In this document: positions 1-10,295 of the stretch, piece by piece
How positions within the stretch are numbered: the first letter of the stretch is position 1
Layout: each line of letters starts with the position of its first letter
NCBI GenBank assembly: GCA_965199955.1
Contig: CBDATQ010000002.1
Coordinates: 1,184,001-1,248,000 of the forward strand
Direction: 5' to 3'
Length of the DNA: 64,000 bases
DNA from: Spirochaetia bacterium
Lineage (GTDB): Bacteria > Spirochaetota > Spirochaetia > SZUA-6 > Bin103
Made by a program: the position numbers and the translations under genes
The notes under the pieces: model-generated
Seen by the model: only the letters and a program-made list of their open reading frames with translations
Databases searched by the model: none
What the model was told of the DNA's origin: nothing

Positions 1-1390
1 GCTGGCGGAACGACACGAAGGCGTAGCCGGACAGGCCGAGCAGCACGAAGTCGAGCATGAACCGCTGCCACGGTAGCGAGCGCGGCGCGCGCGCGTGTCG
101 GCTCTTCAGCCCGACGATGGACACCCCCGTGGTGCGCACCAGCGGCACCACCAGCGAGCCGACGAAGATCGCCACACCCAGGAGGGCATAGCCGACCATC
201 TTCCAGCTCAACAGGAGCGGCAGCGCCGGCCGCGCCACGAAGTCCAGGAAGCCGTTGGAGGCGCCGATCACCCGCACGATCAGGACCGCCAGCGGCAGGC
301 CGAGCACCAGGCCGATCGCGCCCAGCAGCAGCGCCTCGATCAGGTAGGCGGAGAGGATCTGGCGGCCGGCGGCGCCGCGGCTCTTCAGCACGGCGATCTC
401 GTTGCGGTCGCCGTCGATGACGAGCTGCGACAGCATCGCCACGAACAGCAGCAGCAGCAGCGCCGACGGGATCTGCAGGAACGACAGGGTGCGCTGCAGC
501 GTGGCCGCGCGCAGCAGGTAGGACTCCAGGAGCGGCGCGATCGCGAAGTTGAAGCTCACGCCCGCGGGCGCCGCCAGGCGCACGTAGTCCTGGTAGCGGC
601 GCATCACGGTGGGCACGTCGCGGATCGTCAGCTCGTGGTAGTCGATCGCGTAGTGCCAGTAGGCGCGCGTCAGGTTGCGCGCCTCGGTGTCCAGGAAGTG
701 GCGTTCGAACGTGGAGAAGTCGATCAGGTAGCTGGTGGACAGCCGGGAGAAGCGGCCGAACCAGAACAGGTCGCGCGGGTCGCTCTTGGTGAACACGCCC
801 ACGACCTTGATCATGAGCCTCGGCACGTGGCCGAGCAGATCGTGGAGCTGATAGGTGCGGCCGAGCTGCAGCTCCAGCTCCCGAAACGCCTCCGCGGTCA
901 CCAGTGCCTCGTACACGTCGGTGCCGTCTCCGGCCGGGTCGCCCGTGGCCGGCTCGAACATGCGGCCGTGGGTCACCTCGACGTGCGCGCCCAGGTTCTC
1001 GATCGCCTCCACGCGGGCGAAAACCTTGGTCTCACCGTCTCCGGAGGCCCGGATGTCGTACACGTAGTCCAGGCGGAGCTGCCGCATGGCGGCGATGATC
1101 GGCACCCGCAGCGCCGGCACCAGGCGCTGGACGAGCTCCCGGTCGATCTCGCGGACGTAGCGAGCACGCTCGGCCTTGCGGCGCAGCGCGTACAGGTCGA
1201 CTTCCAGGACGGCGGTGCCCGGATAGCGCCCGGTGCGCGCCTGCTGGCGCTCCAGGTCGCGGGTGAGCAGGCGTTGCAGCACCCCGTCGGCGTACATGGG
1301 CGTGGAGGCCAGCAGCGCCACGCTGAGCGTGGCCGCCGCCGCCAGCGCGATCGCCAGCCAGCCCCGCCCGCGGATACGCCGCGCGATCAA
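1..1390 (-). CDS. ABC transporter permease, FtsX/MacB-like (runs off the window edge)
   Basis: Minus-strand frame from TTG ~1390 reads LIARRIRGRGWLAIALAAAATLSVALLASTPMYADGVLQR and later RNEIAVLKSRGAA plus several TM helices; directly follows the MFP gene. Confidence 0.8.
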   Translation of the reverse strand, partial: MIARRIRGRGWLAIALAAAATLSVALLASTPMYADGVLQRLLTRDLERQQARTGRYPGTAVLEVDLYALRRKAERARYVREIDRELVQRLVPALRVPIIAAMRQLRLDYVYDIRASGDGETKVFARVEAIENLGAHVEVTHGRMFEPATGDPAGDGTDVYEALVTAEAFRELELQLGRTYQLHDLLGHVPRLMIKVVGVFTKSDPRDLFWFGRFSRLSTSYLIDFSTFERHFLDTEARNLTRAYWHYAIDYHELTIRDVPTVMRRYQDYVRLAAPAGVSFNFAIAPLLESYLLRAATLQRTLSFLQIPSALLLLLFVAMLSQLVIDGDRNEIAVLKSRGAAGRQILSAYLIEALLLGAIGLVLGLPLAVLIVRVIGASNGFLDFVARPALPLLLSWKMVGYALLGVAIFVGSLVVPLVRTTGVSIVGLKSRHARAPRSLPWQRFMLDFVLLGLSGYAFVSFRQ

Positions 1391-1398
1391 CGGCGCGC

Positions 1399-2400
1399 TC
1401 AGCGGAGCACCACCACCTCGCCGACCGCAAGACCGTCGACGATCTCCACCTCGGTCGACGTGGACAACCCCACCTCCACGGACCGCTCGATGCGCAGGTC
1501 GTCCTCCAGCACGAACACGAACCGGCGGTTGACGTAGGTCTGCACCGCGTCCGACGGCAGCACGATCACGTCCTCGCGCCGGTCGGTCACCATCGACGCG
1601 GTGCCGGTCTGGCCGCGGGTGAGCGTCCCCGGTGGGGCGTCGACGCGGACCAGCACCACGTCGCGCATCTCATCCGGTGCGTCGAGCGGCGCGTTGCGAG
1701 GCGTCATCACCACCTCACCGGGATACGTGTCTCCGCGCAGGTTGATGGTGACCTCGCGGCCGAGCGAGAACTCGTCGTCGCGCTGCCCGCGGTAGGCGAA
1801 CAGCAGGTCGCGCGGGTCGGCGACCTGCACCACGGTCTGCCGGGCGCCGATCGGCTCGCCCGGAAAGACACGGGTGACGAACACCACCTCGCCGTCGAAC
1901 GGCGAGCGCAGCGTGGACTTCGCAAGCTCCGTTTCAAGCTGATCCAGCGCCAGCCGCTCCAACTGAACGTCGAGCCTGGCCATCTCCTGCTGGAAACGGT
2001 CTGCCCCGAGCGCCGCGGCCCGCTCCATCCCGAGCTCCGCGCGGCGCACGCGGATTCGCTGGCGTTCGACGTCCAGACTCAGCGTGTCGGTGTCGAGCGT
2101 CGCCAGCACCTGGCCTGCCGTCACGTCGTCGCCCAGCCGCACCAGCACTTCCTTCAGGCGCCCGGAGCGTTCCCCGAACTGCAGCGCGATCTGCGTCGGA
2201 TAGACGATGGCGCCGCCGACCACGACGCGGCGCTCGATGGTGTCCAGCTCCACGACCCTGGTTCGGTAGGTAATCTCCGGAGGCTCGACCAGGGGAGGCG
2301 CCAGGATCGCCTCCTCCCGGGGCAGCAGGAAGCAGCCGGCGGTCAGGGCGGCCGCCAGCAGCAGCGCCGTCGCGGGGCGTCGGCGCTGCAGGGATCGCAT
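1399..2400 (-). CDS. Efflux periplasmic adaptor (HlyD/MFP family), possible lipoprotein
   Basis: LTAGC lipobox-like signal, VRLGDDVTAGQVLATL lipoyl-like motif, LRSPFDGEV, C-terminal VEIVDGLAVGEVVV. Confidence 0.85.
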   Translation of the reverse strand: MRSLQRRRPATALLLAAALTAGCFLLPREEAILAPPLVEPPEITYRTRVVELDTIERRVVVGGAIVYPTQIALQFGERSGRLKEVLVRLGDDVTAGQVLATLDTDTLSLDVERQRIRVRRAELGMERAAALGADRFQQEMARLDVQLERLALDQLETELAKSTLRSPFDGEVVFVTRVFPGEPIGARQTVVQVADPRDLLFAYRGQRDDEFSLGREVTINLRGDTYPGEVVMTPRNAPLDAPDEMRDVVLVRVDAPPGTLTRGQTGTASMVTDRREDVIVLPSDAVQTYVNRRFVFVLEDDLRIERSVEVGLSTSTEVEIVDGLAVGEVVVLR

Positions 2401-2539
2401 GACTCCGGCGGGCATCGGCCGGCATTATGCACCGGGCGGCTAGGACGTGGCCTGCTCGATCGGCAGTGCAGGCCCGGCCGGATGGGCACCCGGTATCATC
2501 TCCGCCGTCAAAGATGGTCGTTCAAGCAGGCGGACTCGC

Positions 2540-3310
2540 ATGACCGCAGCCGAGATCGCGCGCCAGATCTACGCTCCGCGATACGCTCTGGCCTCGGCTG
2601 TCCGACGCGCCGAGCTCGCGGAGATGGGCGGCGGCTTCCTGACGATCGACCGGTCGTCGGGTACGGAGTATCCCTCGACCAACCGCAACCGGGCCGAGTT
2701 CGTCGGCGTGACCCGGCCGGCGAGACGCAGCGAGGTAGCGGCGATCACCGAGCGATTCTCCGCCGCCGGAGTGAGTCGCTGGTTCTTCTGGCTGAGTCCG
2801 TGCGCGCAGGAGGAAGAGATCCGGCAGTGGCTGCTGGAGGTGGGGCTGCAGCCGTTCGACGGCCCGCGATACATCACGCTGGCGCGCTCCGCCGAAGCGG
2901 TAGCGCCCCATGAGACGGCACTTCGCGTGCGCGCGCTGACGGCGCCGGAACTGCACGCCCACACGGGGTTTCTGACCGAGCTCTACGGCGACTTTGCCGG
3001 CTCCTGCCGGGGGACGATCGGCCGCGAGACTGCATCCACTACCTGGCGTTCGACGGCGATCGTCCGGTCGCGCGGGGCGCAGAACGCCCTGATCGCGGCC
3101 CGCGTTCGCGCCGCGCACGCCCGCGGCTGCCGGATCGTGATGGCGGAGACGCTGAGCATCCTGCGTCCGTCGCTCGCCAACCTGGTCCGCCACGGGTTCC
3201 GCGAGTGCTACGACACGCAGGTCTACGTACGCGCGCAACGCCTGATCGTGCCGAGCACGTCCCCGAACGGGCAGCGCGCCGCTCGCGCGAAGGTCAATCG
3301 TCGTCGGTGA
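2540..3310 (+). pseudogene. GNAT-family acetyltransferase with frameshift and internal deletion
   Basis: RGAQNALIAARV and SLANLVRHGF GNAT motifs; the strand CIHYLAFDGDRPVA is in another frame (3031-3072) and the segment normally between it and RGAQ is missing. Confidence 0.6.
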
Positions 3311-3588
3311 GCGTGAGCGAGGAATAAGTACCAATCTGGTACCCGCCGAACATGGCGCGCACCCGTACCTGGTAGGTGGTCTGCGGTAGCAGGCCGGTGA
3401 TCGTGTAGCTGGTGGCGGTGCTCGCGAGGCCGGTGACGTTGGTCCAGTCCGCGTCGGAGTTGCTCCGCCATCGCAGCTCGTAGCCGGTGATGGCCAGCTC
3501 TGCAACGGGGCCGCCCACGTGACCGTCACGCTGGTCTGATCTTGCGTTCCCGCGGACAAGGCGGGCGCTGCCGGCGTTTCGGAGTCCG
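3289..3588. repeat. Repeat L copy 1: frameshifted fibronectin type III domain fragment (minus strand)
   Basis: TPAAPALSAGTQDQTSVTVTWAAP then, in a shifted frame, AITGYELRWRS...TSYTITGLLPQTTYQVRVRA; 3289-3345 matches 8923-8985 and 3441-3588 matches 9022-9169. Confidence 0.85.
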
Positions 3589-3609
3589 ACGCTTCCGTCA
3601 ACGTCGGTC

Positions 3610-4481
3610 CCCGGCTGCATGCTCCCAGCAGCAAATCGGCGATGGAGCTCCGAAAGGGTGGCCTCCGCGTCTTGCCACTCGGGACCGCCATCCGGGACCT
3701 CGGACGGAGCCCGTGCGAACGGTATGCCAGCACCCCAACGCTCCGCCGCAGTAAGCATGATCCGATCCATCCGTTCGCGCATCAGCCACGGGCGGTGAGC
3801 GCCTCGAAGAAGCCCGCGGCCACGCCAATCCGAAATCCCGCGACTACGGATAGCGATCATCACAAGCCGGTCGCGCTCCAAGCGCATTTCGCCATTGTCC
3901 GTCTCCTGATATATCGCCGTCACTTCCCCGACATCATCGAGATCAGCACGGGACAGCGAGTTCGAAGGCCGCAGGCGCAGGCGTTCCGGCACCATTCGCC
4001 CCCCCGCATCTTCACTCGGCGCCCAAACTTGCTCCATGACTGAATGGCCAATCGGAATAGCTGTCAGCATGTCCCTCAACGTCGCTTGCCAGCCATCCCG
4101 GAGACCGTGGAGCAGAACGTTCTGCATCGTGTCGGCCACTTCCTGCTCTTTTCTGGCCTGCGCCTTGCTCATCGGGTCTGCTGGAGGAACAACAGACCAC
4201 TCAGCGCTCATAATCGGCAGCTCTATCGCCTGGAGGACAGCAGAAATCTCGTCATCACGCTCCATTCTGGACCAGAGCTCTGCTGTCTCCTGCCACTGCG
4301 ACCCGTGATCATCGATCGAATCCCAAAGCGGGGAGTCGGCGGAGACGAGTTGCGGCCCGCGGGACGAGCCTCGTTCCTCGGTTGGCGCCTGCGCGGCATC
4401 GCCTCGACGATTCAATGCCTGCACGCGAGAGCGAGCCGCTTCAACGCGGAAACGTGCTCTGGATATGCTGTTTCTTTCCAC
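3610..4481 (-). pseudogene. Phage portal protein (DUF935/Mu gp29-like), C-terminally truncated and fused to the FN3 fragment
   Basis: MERDDEISAVLQAIELPI, AIPIGHSVMEQVW, GRGLLRGAHRPW, AERWGAGIP motifs; only about 290 aa of portal. Confidence 0.75.
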
Positions 4482-5028
4482 GACGTCCTACAGTCTATGC
4501 ACATCTCCCTTGGCCCATCAAAGGGTGATGCGTCAGTTTGAACTTTCTTTTTCTGCCTGCGGATTTGACCGTAGATGTGCCGGTGCGGTACATTCAACCC
4601 CAACAGAGAGAAGGCGGCCAGCGCGGCGCGGCGTATATGCCGGGTCACTGGTCGAATACAACAGCCGCATGGGCAGGAGAGTAGCTACTCCGGCCCGGAG
4701 TGAACAGGCCGGTATATTGGTCTCTCCCGCGCCGAGCGCGGTTGCCTTCTCTGGAACGGCCCGGCATCTCTGCGTGCCGGCAGGAGGAGGACCATGCTCG
4801 ATTTCCGATTTCGACTTCGCGCCCACCATCGTCGGTGCGACCCATGCCTGTGCAAACAGCGCCCCTTGCCGGGCCAGCAGCGGAGGTGGACAGGATGATC
4901 CATCGGAGATTTCTACTTCGCGCCACGATCGTGGATGCGAACCATGCACGGACTGCGCAACGCCACAATGAGGCGTTCGCCAAGCGCCCGCGGCTTCACC
5001 GGAAGCCTGTCCCTCTGGGTGCCTGACC

Positions 5029-5625
5029 ATGAAGGGGAAGACGGCAATCTTGCTGTTGCTGATACTTTCCGCGCTGATCGCGCAGGCAGACTGGGAGCCG
5101 ACGGAGTACGGCGGCTGGTACTACGTGGAGCAGGTGAGTGCTCTCGAAACGGCCAAGTGGTTAGCGATGACGGCGTCCACCGGAGGGGGAATCCGGTGGA
5201 CGCTCAGCAGGTCATGCGAAGGCCCGCTCACTCTGAGCGCATCAGCAAGCGACTGGGGGACTGTAACCAGCCGAGGCAAAATCAGACGCGAACGCTTAGG
5301 CCGCGGGTGTACGTTCACGCGGTTCGGACAGGTTTGCGAGAGATACGAGACGGTTTGGTACTACGACGCTCGCTTCCGCATCGATGACGGCGAGATCCAG
5401 CGTTGGACTTGGCGGTACGGATGGAACAGCAACGCCGGACAGGAAGTCTTGGTGACCGAGTGGCCGGGATCTGAATACTACGGAGACCCCATGCTGATAG
5501 GTAATCGGCTCGTCATCGAGATCATCCCTTCATCCGGCGTGCTGGTCTTCGATACAACTGACTTCGCCGCGGCGCTGGCTGAGCACTGCGGATTCAAGCC
5601 CTTCTATCCACCGCCGGAGGCTTGA
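5029..5625 (+). CDS. Hypothetical secreted protein (prophage cargo)
   Basis: 198-aa ORF with signal peptide MKGKTAILLLLILSALIAQA, followed by a strong hairpin. Confidence 0.7.
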   Translation: MKGKTAILLLLILSALIAQADWEPTEYGGWYYVEQVSALETAKWLAMTASTGGGIRWTLSRSCEGPLTLSASASDWGTVTSRGKIRRERLGRGCTFTRFGQVCERYETVWYYDARFRIDDGEIQRWTWRYGWNSNAGQEVLVTEWPGSEYYGDPMLIGNRLVIEIIPSSGVLVFDTTDFAAALAEHCGFKPFYPPPEA

Positions 5626-5626
5626 T

Positions 5627-5675
5627 GTAGCGCGTAGGGGCGCCGGCACAGCGACCGCCGGCGCTCCTACGCTAC
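5627..5675 (+). terminator. Strong stem-loop directly after the cargo gene
   Basis: gcgtaggggcgccggc pairs with gccggcgctcctacgc (16 bp, one G-U); no clear U-tract. Confidence 0.55.
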
Positions 5676-5837
5676 TCATCCTCCAGGCTGTTGCGCCGCG
5701 TCGTCACCTGCGGGGGCGGCCAATGGCACCCTGCCACAGAACTGCACAACGGATGCGCGCGCATTCAAGCTGACACACTTACCCAGCGCGCCGCTGAGCG
5801 GTTGACCAACGCAGGCAGTTGTTGTATCTTCCAGACC

Positions 5838-6283
5838 ATGCACAGAATATGTGATCACCCGGACTGGGTAACCCCTCGCGCGACAATCAACCTTATTCGA
5901 AATGTTCAAGGAGATTGACGCCGTAGTCCGCAAGGACATTTCGCGCTTCAACCGTCTGTCCGAATACGACCGAGGGGGACGTCAGTATAAGTGTACCAGC
6001 CAATCAGATTCCTGCACGATCGTGACCAACTCCTTCGATGACCAAGCTGATAAGATGACGCTCAATCTTATCGGCGATGAATACATCGAGGTCCTCAGGA
6101 ACAACAGTGTGGTGTTCCTTGTACGGATTTACTTGGAACCCTTGGACGATCTCGTATGATTTCATTATTGATGACGACGACGGCCCGATGAGAATGTGGG
6201 AGATCAGCCAAAAGGTGCTTGCAGATTTTCTCTTCCCTCGGGAATCTTTGCGGCCTCCTGAAGGCGCCATCAGGTCATGCTGA
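5838..6283 (+). pseudogene. Frameshifted paralog of the adjacent hypothetical protein
   Basis: Three frames (DWVTPRAT / MFKEIDAVVRKDISRFN...DEYIEV / WNP...DDDDGP...ISQKVLADFLF) align collinearly with the 6277 ORF. Confidence 0.7.
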
Positions 6284-7062
6284 ATAAGTCAGCGATCCAC
6301 AACTGGGTGGAAGAGCGCGCGGCGCGGACCATCGTCGACACGTTCAAGGAGATTGCAAGACAAATCCGTAATGACGTCGAGTGCTTCAACAATCTCCCCT
6401 ACAGCAAACGCGAAGGGCGTCGGTATCAGTACAATATTCACGATAATAACTGCATCACCGTGACCAGAGACCTCGATCGAGGCGACGATAAAGTGACGTT
6501 CAGGCTTGTCGACGATGAGTACATCGATGTCTCACGAAACGACGTCACGAAGTTAGCAGTGTGGTTAGAGTGGAACCCTGATATGAACACGCACCAAATC
6601 TTCGTTGACGATGATGACGCGCCGACATACACATGTAATATCAGCCAAAAGGCGATCGGCGACCTCCTTTTCCGCAGAACCATTGTTCGCGTTCTGGACC
6701 GTAGCCGAACGACAGTAGAAGTATCAAAGACCGCGCGTCACCGACCATTTGCGCCCGCCTCTCTGCCCCCATCGCCGACGATTCGTCGACTTCGTAGGGT
6801 CCGGGCGCCTGCTCAACATATCCAACGCCATACAGAGAGCTACAATAGGATCTATCACGTCGCGCTGATCCGAACGGTCGGGCTGGACGTATCCTGCCGC
6901 GTCGCTCTTGAGGCGCGTAAGGCTGGCAGCGTGCCGCAGCAGCGGACAGCCGCCATGCGCCAGCAACCCGCCGCGAACCAAGCGTTCCACTTCCCTTACT
7001 CCAGCGGTCATGCCGCGCGGCGATTGAATCACCGACGTACATTCATAGCCGGCTTCAGTTAG
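6277..7062 (+). CDS. Hypothetical protein; homology to the paralog ends ~6680 and the remainder overlaps terL antisense
   Basis: HNWVEERA, FKEIARQIRNDVECFN, DEYIDV, WNP, DDDDAP, ISQKAIGDLLF. Confidence 0.6.
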   Translation: MLNKSAIHNWVEERAARTIVDTFKEIARQIRNDVECFNNLPYSKREGRRYQYNIHDNNCITVTRDLDRGDDKVTFRLVDDEYIDVSRNDVTKLAVWLEWNPDMNTHQIFVDDDDAPTYTCNISQKAIGDLLFRRTIVRVLDRSRTTVEVSKTARHRPFAPASLPPSPTIRRLRRVRAPAQHIQRHTESYNRIYHVALIRTVGLDVSCRVALEARKAGSVPQQRTAAMRQQPAANQAFHFPYSSGHAARRLNHRRTFIAGFS

Positions 7063-8078
7063 CCTCTGTGCCGTCGCTTCCGCCGACCATCGATCGTAGC
7101 CGACCCAGCAGCCATCCGGCATGATCCGGCGCAGGTCTGTCTCGACAGCGCGATAGTCTATAACCGATCCGGGCAACTCCTTGATCGCTCCGGCGGCGAT
7201 CAAGGCTTGGAGGAACTTCCTCTGCGAATCGGTCCGCCGCTTCGATTGCAGCGCTCCCTTCGGCAGCCAAGAATAGAGCCGGCAGCCCACCCGATCATCA
7301 ACCCTCCATGCCAGCGCAAGACAAGTCATGTCAGAGACGTGGCCCACGTCGAATCCGGCTCCGACCGCTGCTCCTTCCGGGACGCGCCCGAGGTCCTCAG
7401 CGCATGAATCCCATTCGTCAAGGTCGAGCCAAGGAGAATCCTGAAGTTCCACCCAGCGATTGAGCCGCCACTGCTCATAATTCACTCTCTCGCGCGCAGA
7501 CTGTCGCGCCCTCTCGATGCCCTCGATGATGTGTTCTTCCGTGATAGTGATTCCGAGCATCGGATTGCAGGTCTCAGCCATTGCCGTGGCAGGATCGTCC
7601 CAAGGAGCGTCCGGCGGAGCCTCGAAAATCACCGGCAGCAGTCGCCTGTCCTCGATTTCTCCGTCCCGAACCTTACGCGCATGCTCAACGAGCTCCCATC
7701 CAAGCCCTTCACGCCGCCTCCCAGCCGTAGTAAGCGCCATCACCAGAGGCTCCGACCGCGCCGCACTCGCCTCCGGGCTGGTAAGCGCCTCCCAAGACTC
7801 GCGAGCACGCGATGAAGTCCATGCGTGGACCTCATCGCAGATCACAACCGATGGCGAGGATCCCTGAAGCTTGCCAGCGCCAGTCTCAACCCCGATCACT
7901 CGGAGCACTCCGCCGTTCCCCGGCGCCGTAATCGTCATCGTGTGCTCCGCAATCTGACCATCAGCACGCCCAGGACTCGTGGGTGGAACGCCACGAGTCC
8001 ACGATCGCATAACGATTTCATCGCGGCAGCCTCCAGAATCAAACCATATCGTATCTTGTCGTGATTCAAGAGCGTTCT
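6724..8078 (-). pseudogene. Phage terminase large subunit (HK97-like), N-terminally truncated
   Basis: Walker B VVICDEVH, LTTAG motif, nuclease GFDVGHVSDMT, VGYDRWSA, IDPIVALCMA; no Walker A, the frame runs into repeat R. Confidence 0.85.
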
Positions 8079-8177
8079 GGCGTAACTCCTGGCAATGGTC
8101 GCCATTCTTGAAAGCGGATGGCTCGCCGCCAGGCGCGCTCTCGCAGTGAGGTGGTCGGAAGGTGGCAGTCAACCAAG
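8079..8177. repeat. Repeat R copy 1 (~99 bp, non-coding)
   Basis: ggcgtaact...ggcaatggtcgcc...ttcttgaaagcggatggctcgccgc...gaggtggtcggaaggtggcagtcaac recurs at 9177-9275. Confidence 0.9.
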
Positions 8178-8597
8178 GGGATTCTCCCAGCGCACCTCCG
8201 GGAAGCGGCCGAACCCGAGGTCGCTGGAGCACACCACCAGACCGTGCTCCAATGCAAGTGCGGCCAGATGGGCATCCGGTATCATCTCCGCCGGCATCGC
8301 ATGGTCGTTCAGCAGCCGCCCCAGCACCTCCCGATGGCGGTCCGTGGGAGCCGGGATCCAGGCAGGTTCGCAGTCCAGCCAGCGGCCGACGTGGTCCCAC
8401 TCATCGCTGACGGCCAGCGGGGACTCGAACACGCGGGGATTGGAAACGATACGTACGAACGCCAGCAACGACGGCCACGGAAGGCCGACGCGCTCAACGC
8501 CGTTGAGCCGATCGTCAAGCCACCGGCGAGCCGCCTCGTGCTGCTCGAAGGTCTCTACGTGCGCGTACAGCAGCAGGTTGGCGTCGACCAGGATCAC
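8169..8597 (-). CDS. vapC: VapC PIN-domain toxin
   Basis: MILVDANLLLYA...DAHLAALALEHG...SSDLGFGRF...WENPL; GTG start overlaps the vapB stop. Confidence 0.9.
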   Translation of the reverse strand: MILVDANLLLYAHVETFEQHEAARRWLDDRLNGVERVGLPWPSLLAFVRIVSNPRVFESPLAVSDEWDHVGRWLDCEPAWIPAPTDRHREVLGRLLNDHAMPAEMIPDAHLAALALEHGLVVCSSDLGFGRFPEVRWENPLG

Positions 8598-8842
8598 GAG
8601 TGGGCTTCTCCTTCGGCGATCGCCAGGACCCGCGCGATGTCGTCGATGCTGTCGAGCTTGCATCGTCCGAGCGACACGGGCCGGGTCCGATACGGCCGGC
8701 GTGGGCACCGGGACGCGGACGCGTGCGCGAGCCCAGCGCGGAGCGTGTCGTTGATCACTTTCTTGAAGCTCGCACGTTGCTGGCTGCGGATCCGGGCGAG
8801 CTCCGCGGCTACGTCGTCATCGATCGTGATGGTGGTACGCAT
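8594..8842 (-). CDS. vapB: VapB ribbon-helix-helix antitoxin
   Basis: MRTTITIDDDV...SFKKVINDTLRAGL, directly upstream of vapC. Confidence 0.88.
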   Translation of the reverse strand: MRTTITIDDDVAAELARIRSQQRASFKKVINDTLRAGLAHASASRCPRRPYRTRPVSLGRCKLDSIDDIARVLAIAEGEAHS

Positions 8843-8849
8843 GACATCG

Positions 8850-8890
8850 TCACATAAAAATATATTGATGCATTGACGTCAATCGATGGA
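8850..8890 (-). promoter_or_regulatory. vapBC promoter/operator
   Basis: AT-rich patch with perfect palindrome ATTGACGTCAAT (8872-8883) containing a TTGACG -35-like hexamer. Confidence 0.55.
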
Positions 8891-8922
8891 TGCTCCGGGA
8901 ATCGACCGGGCCGCCCCAGCGG

Positions 8923-9275
8923 GAAGGTCAATCGTCGTCGGTGATCGTGATCGTGAGCGAGGAATAAGTAGCAATCCGGTACCCGTCATCCGGACGGACT
9001 TGGACGGTTACGGTACTGTCCGGTCCAGTCCGCATCGGAGTTGTTCCGCCATTGCAGCTCGTAGCCGGTGATCGTCAGCTCTGCAACGGGGCCGTCCACG
9101 TGACCGTCACGCTGGTCTGATCTCGCGTTCCCAAGGACAAGGCGGGCGCTGCCGGCGTTTCGGAGTCCGGCGAGCCGGCGTAACTTTGGCAATGGTCGCC
9201 GATTCTTGAAAGCGGATGGCTCGCCGCAAGGCGGGCTCTCGCAATGAGGTGGTCGGAAGGTGGCAGTCAACTAAG
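8923..9275. mobile_element. Minimal L+R copy of the element (L 8923-9169, R 9177-9275)
   Basis: The two end sequences of 3289-8177 joined with only ~7 bp between them. Confidence 0.75.
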
Positions 9276-9283
9276 ATAGGCAG

Positions 9284-10291
<1,008 letters not shown>

Positions 10292-10295
10292 GACG

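Larger units (their letters stand above)
3289..8177 (-). mobile_element. Decayed prophage-like element (FN3 fragment, portal fragment, cargo, terminase fragment) bounded by end sequences L and R
   Basis: Portal and TerL homology, lower GC than flanks, both ends repeated at 8923-9275. Confidence 0.75.

Noticed and set aside
95..1537. Long plus-strand ORF, and similar long ORFs at 20102-22591, 41091-43751 and 55670-57523
   Set aside because: Antisense shadows of real high-GC genes; no family motifs.
3294..4481. Genuine portal-FN3 fusion protein
   Set aside because: The portal is truncated and the first FN3 strands are in another frame, so it is a deletion junction.
4412..4648. Small CxxC ORF upstream of the portal
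   Set aside because: It overlaps the portal start and has no recognisable family; insufficient support.
8079..8177. Repeat R as an integron attC site
   Set aside because: No complementary RYYYAAC/GTTRRRY pair at its ends and no integron integrase.
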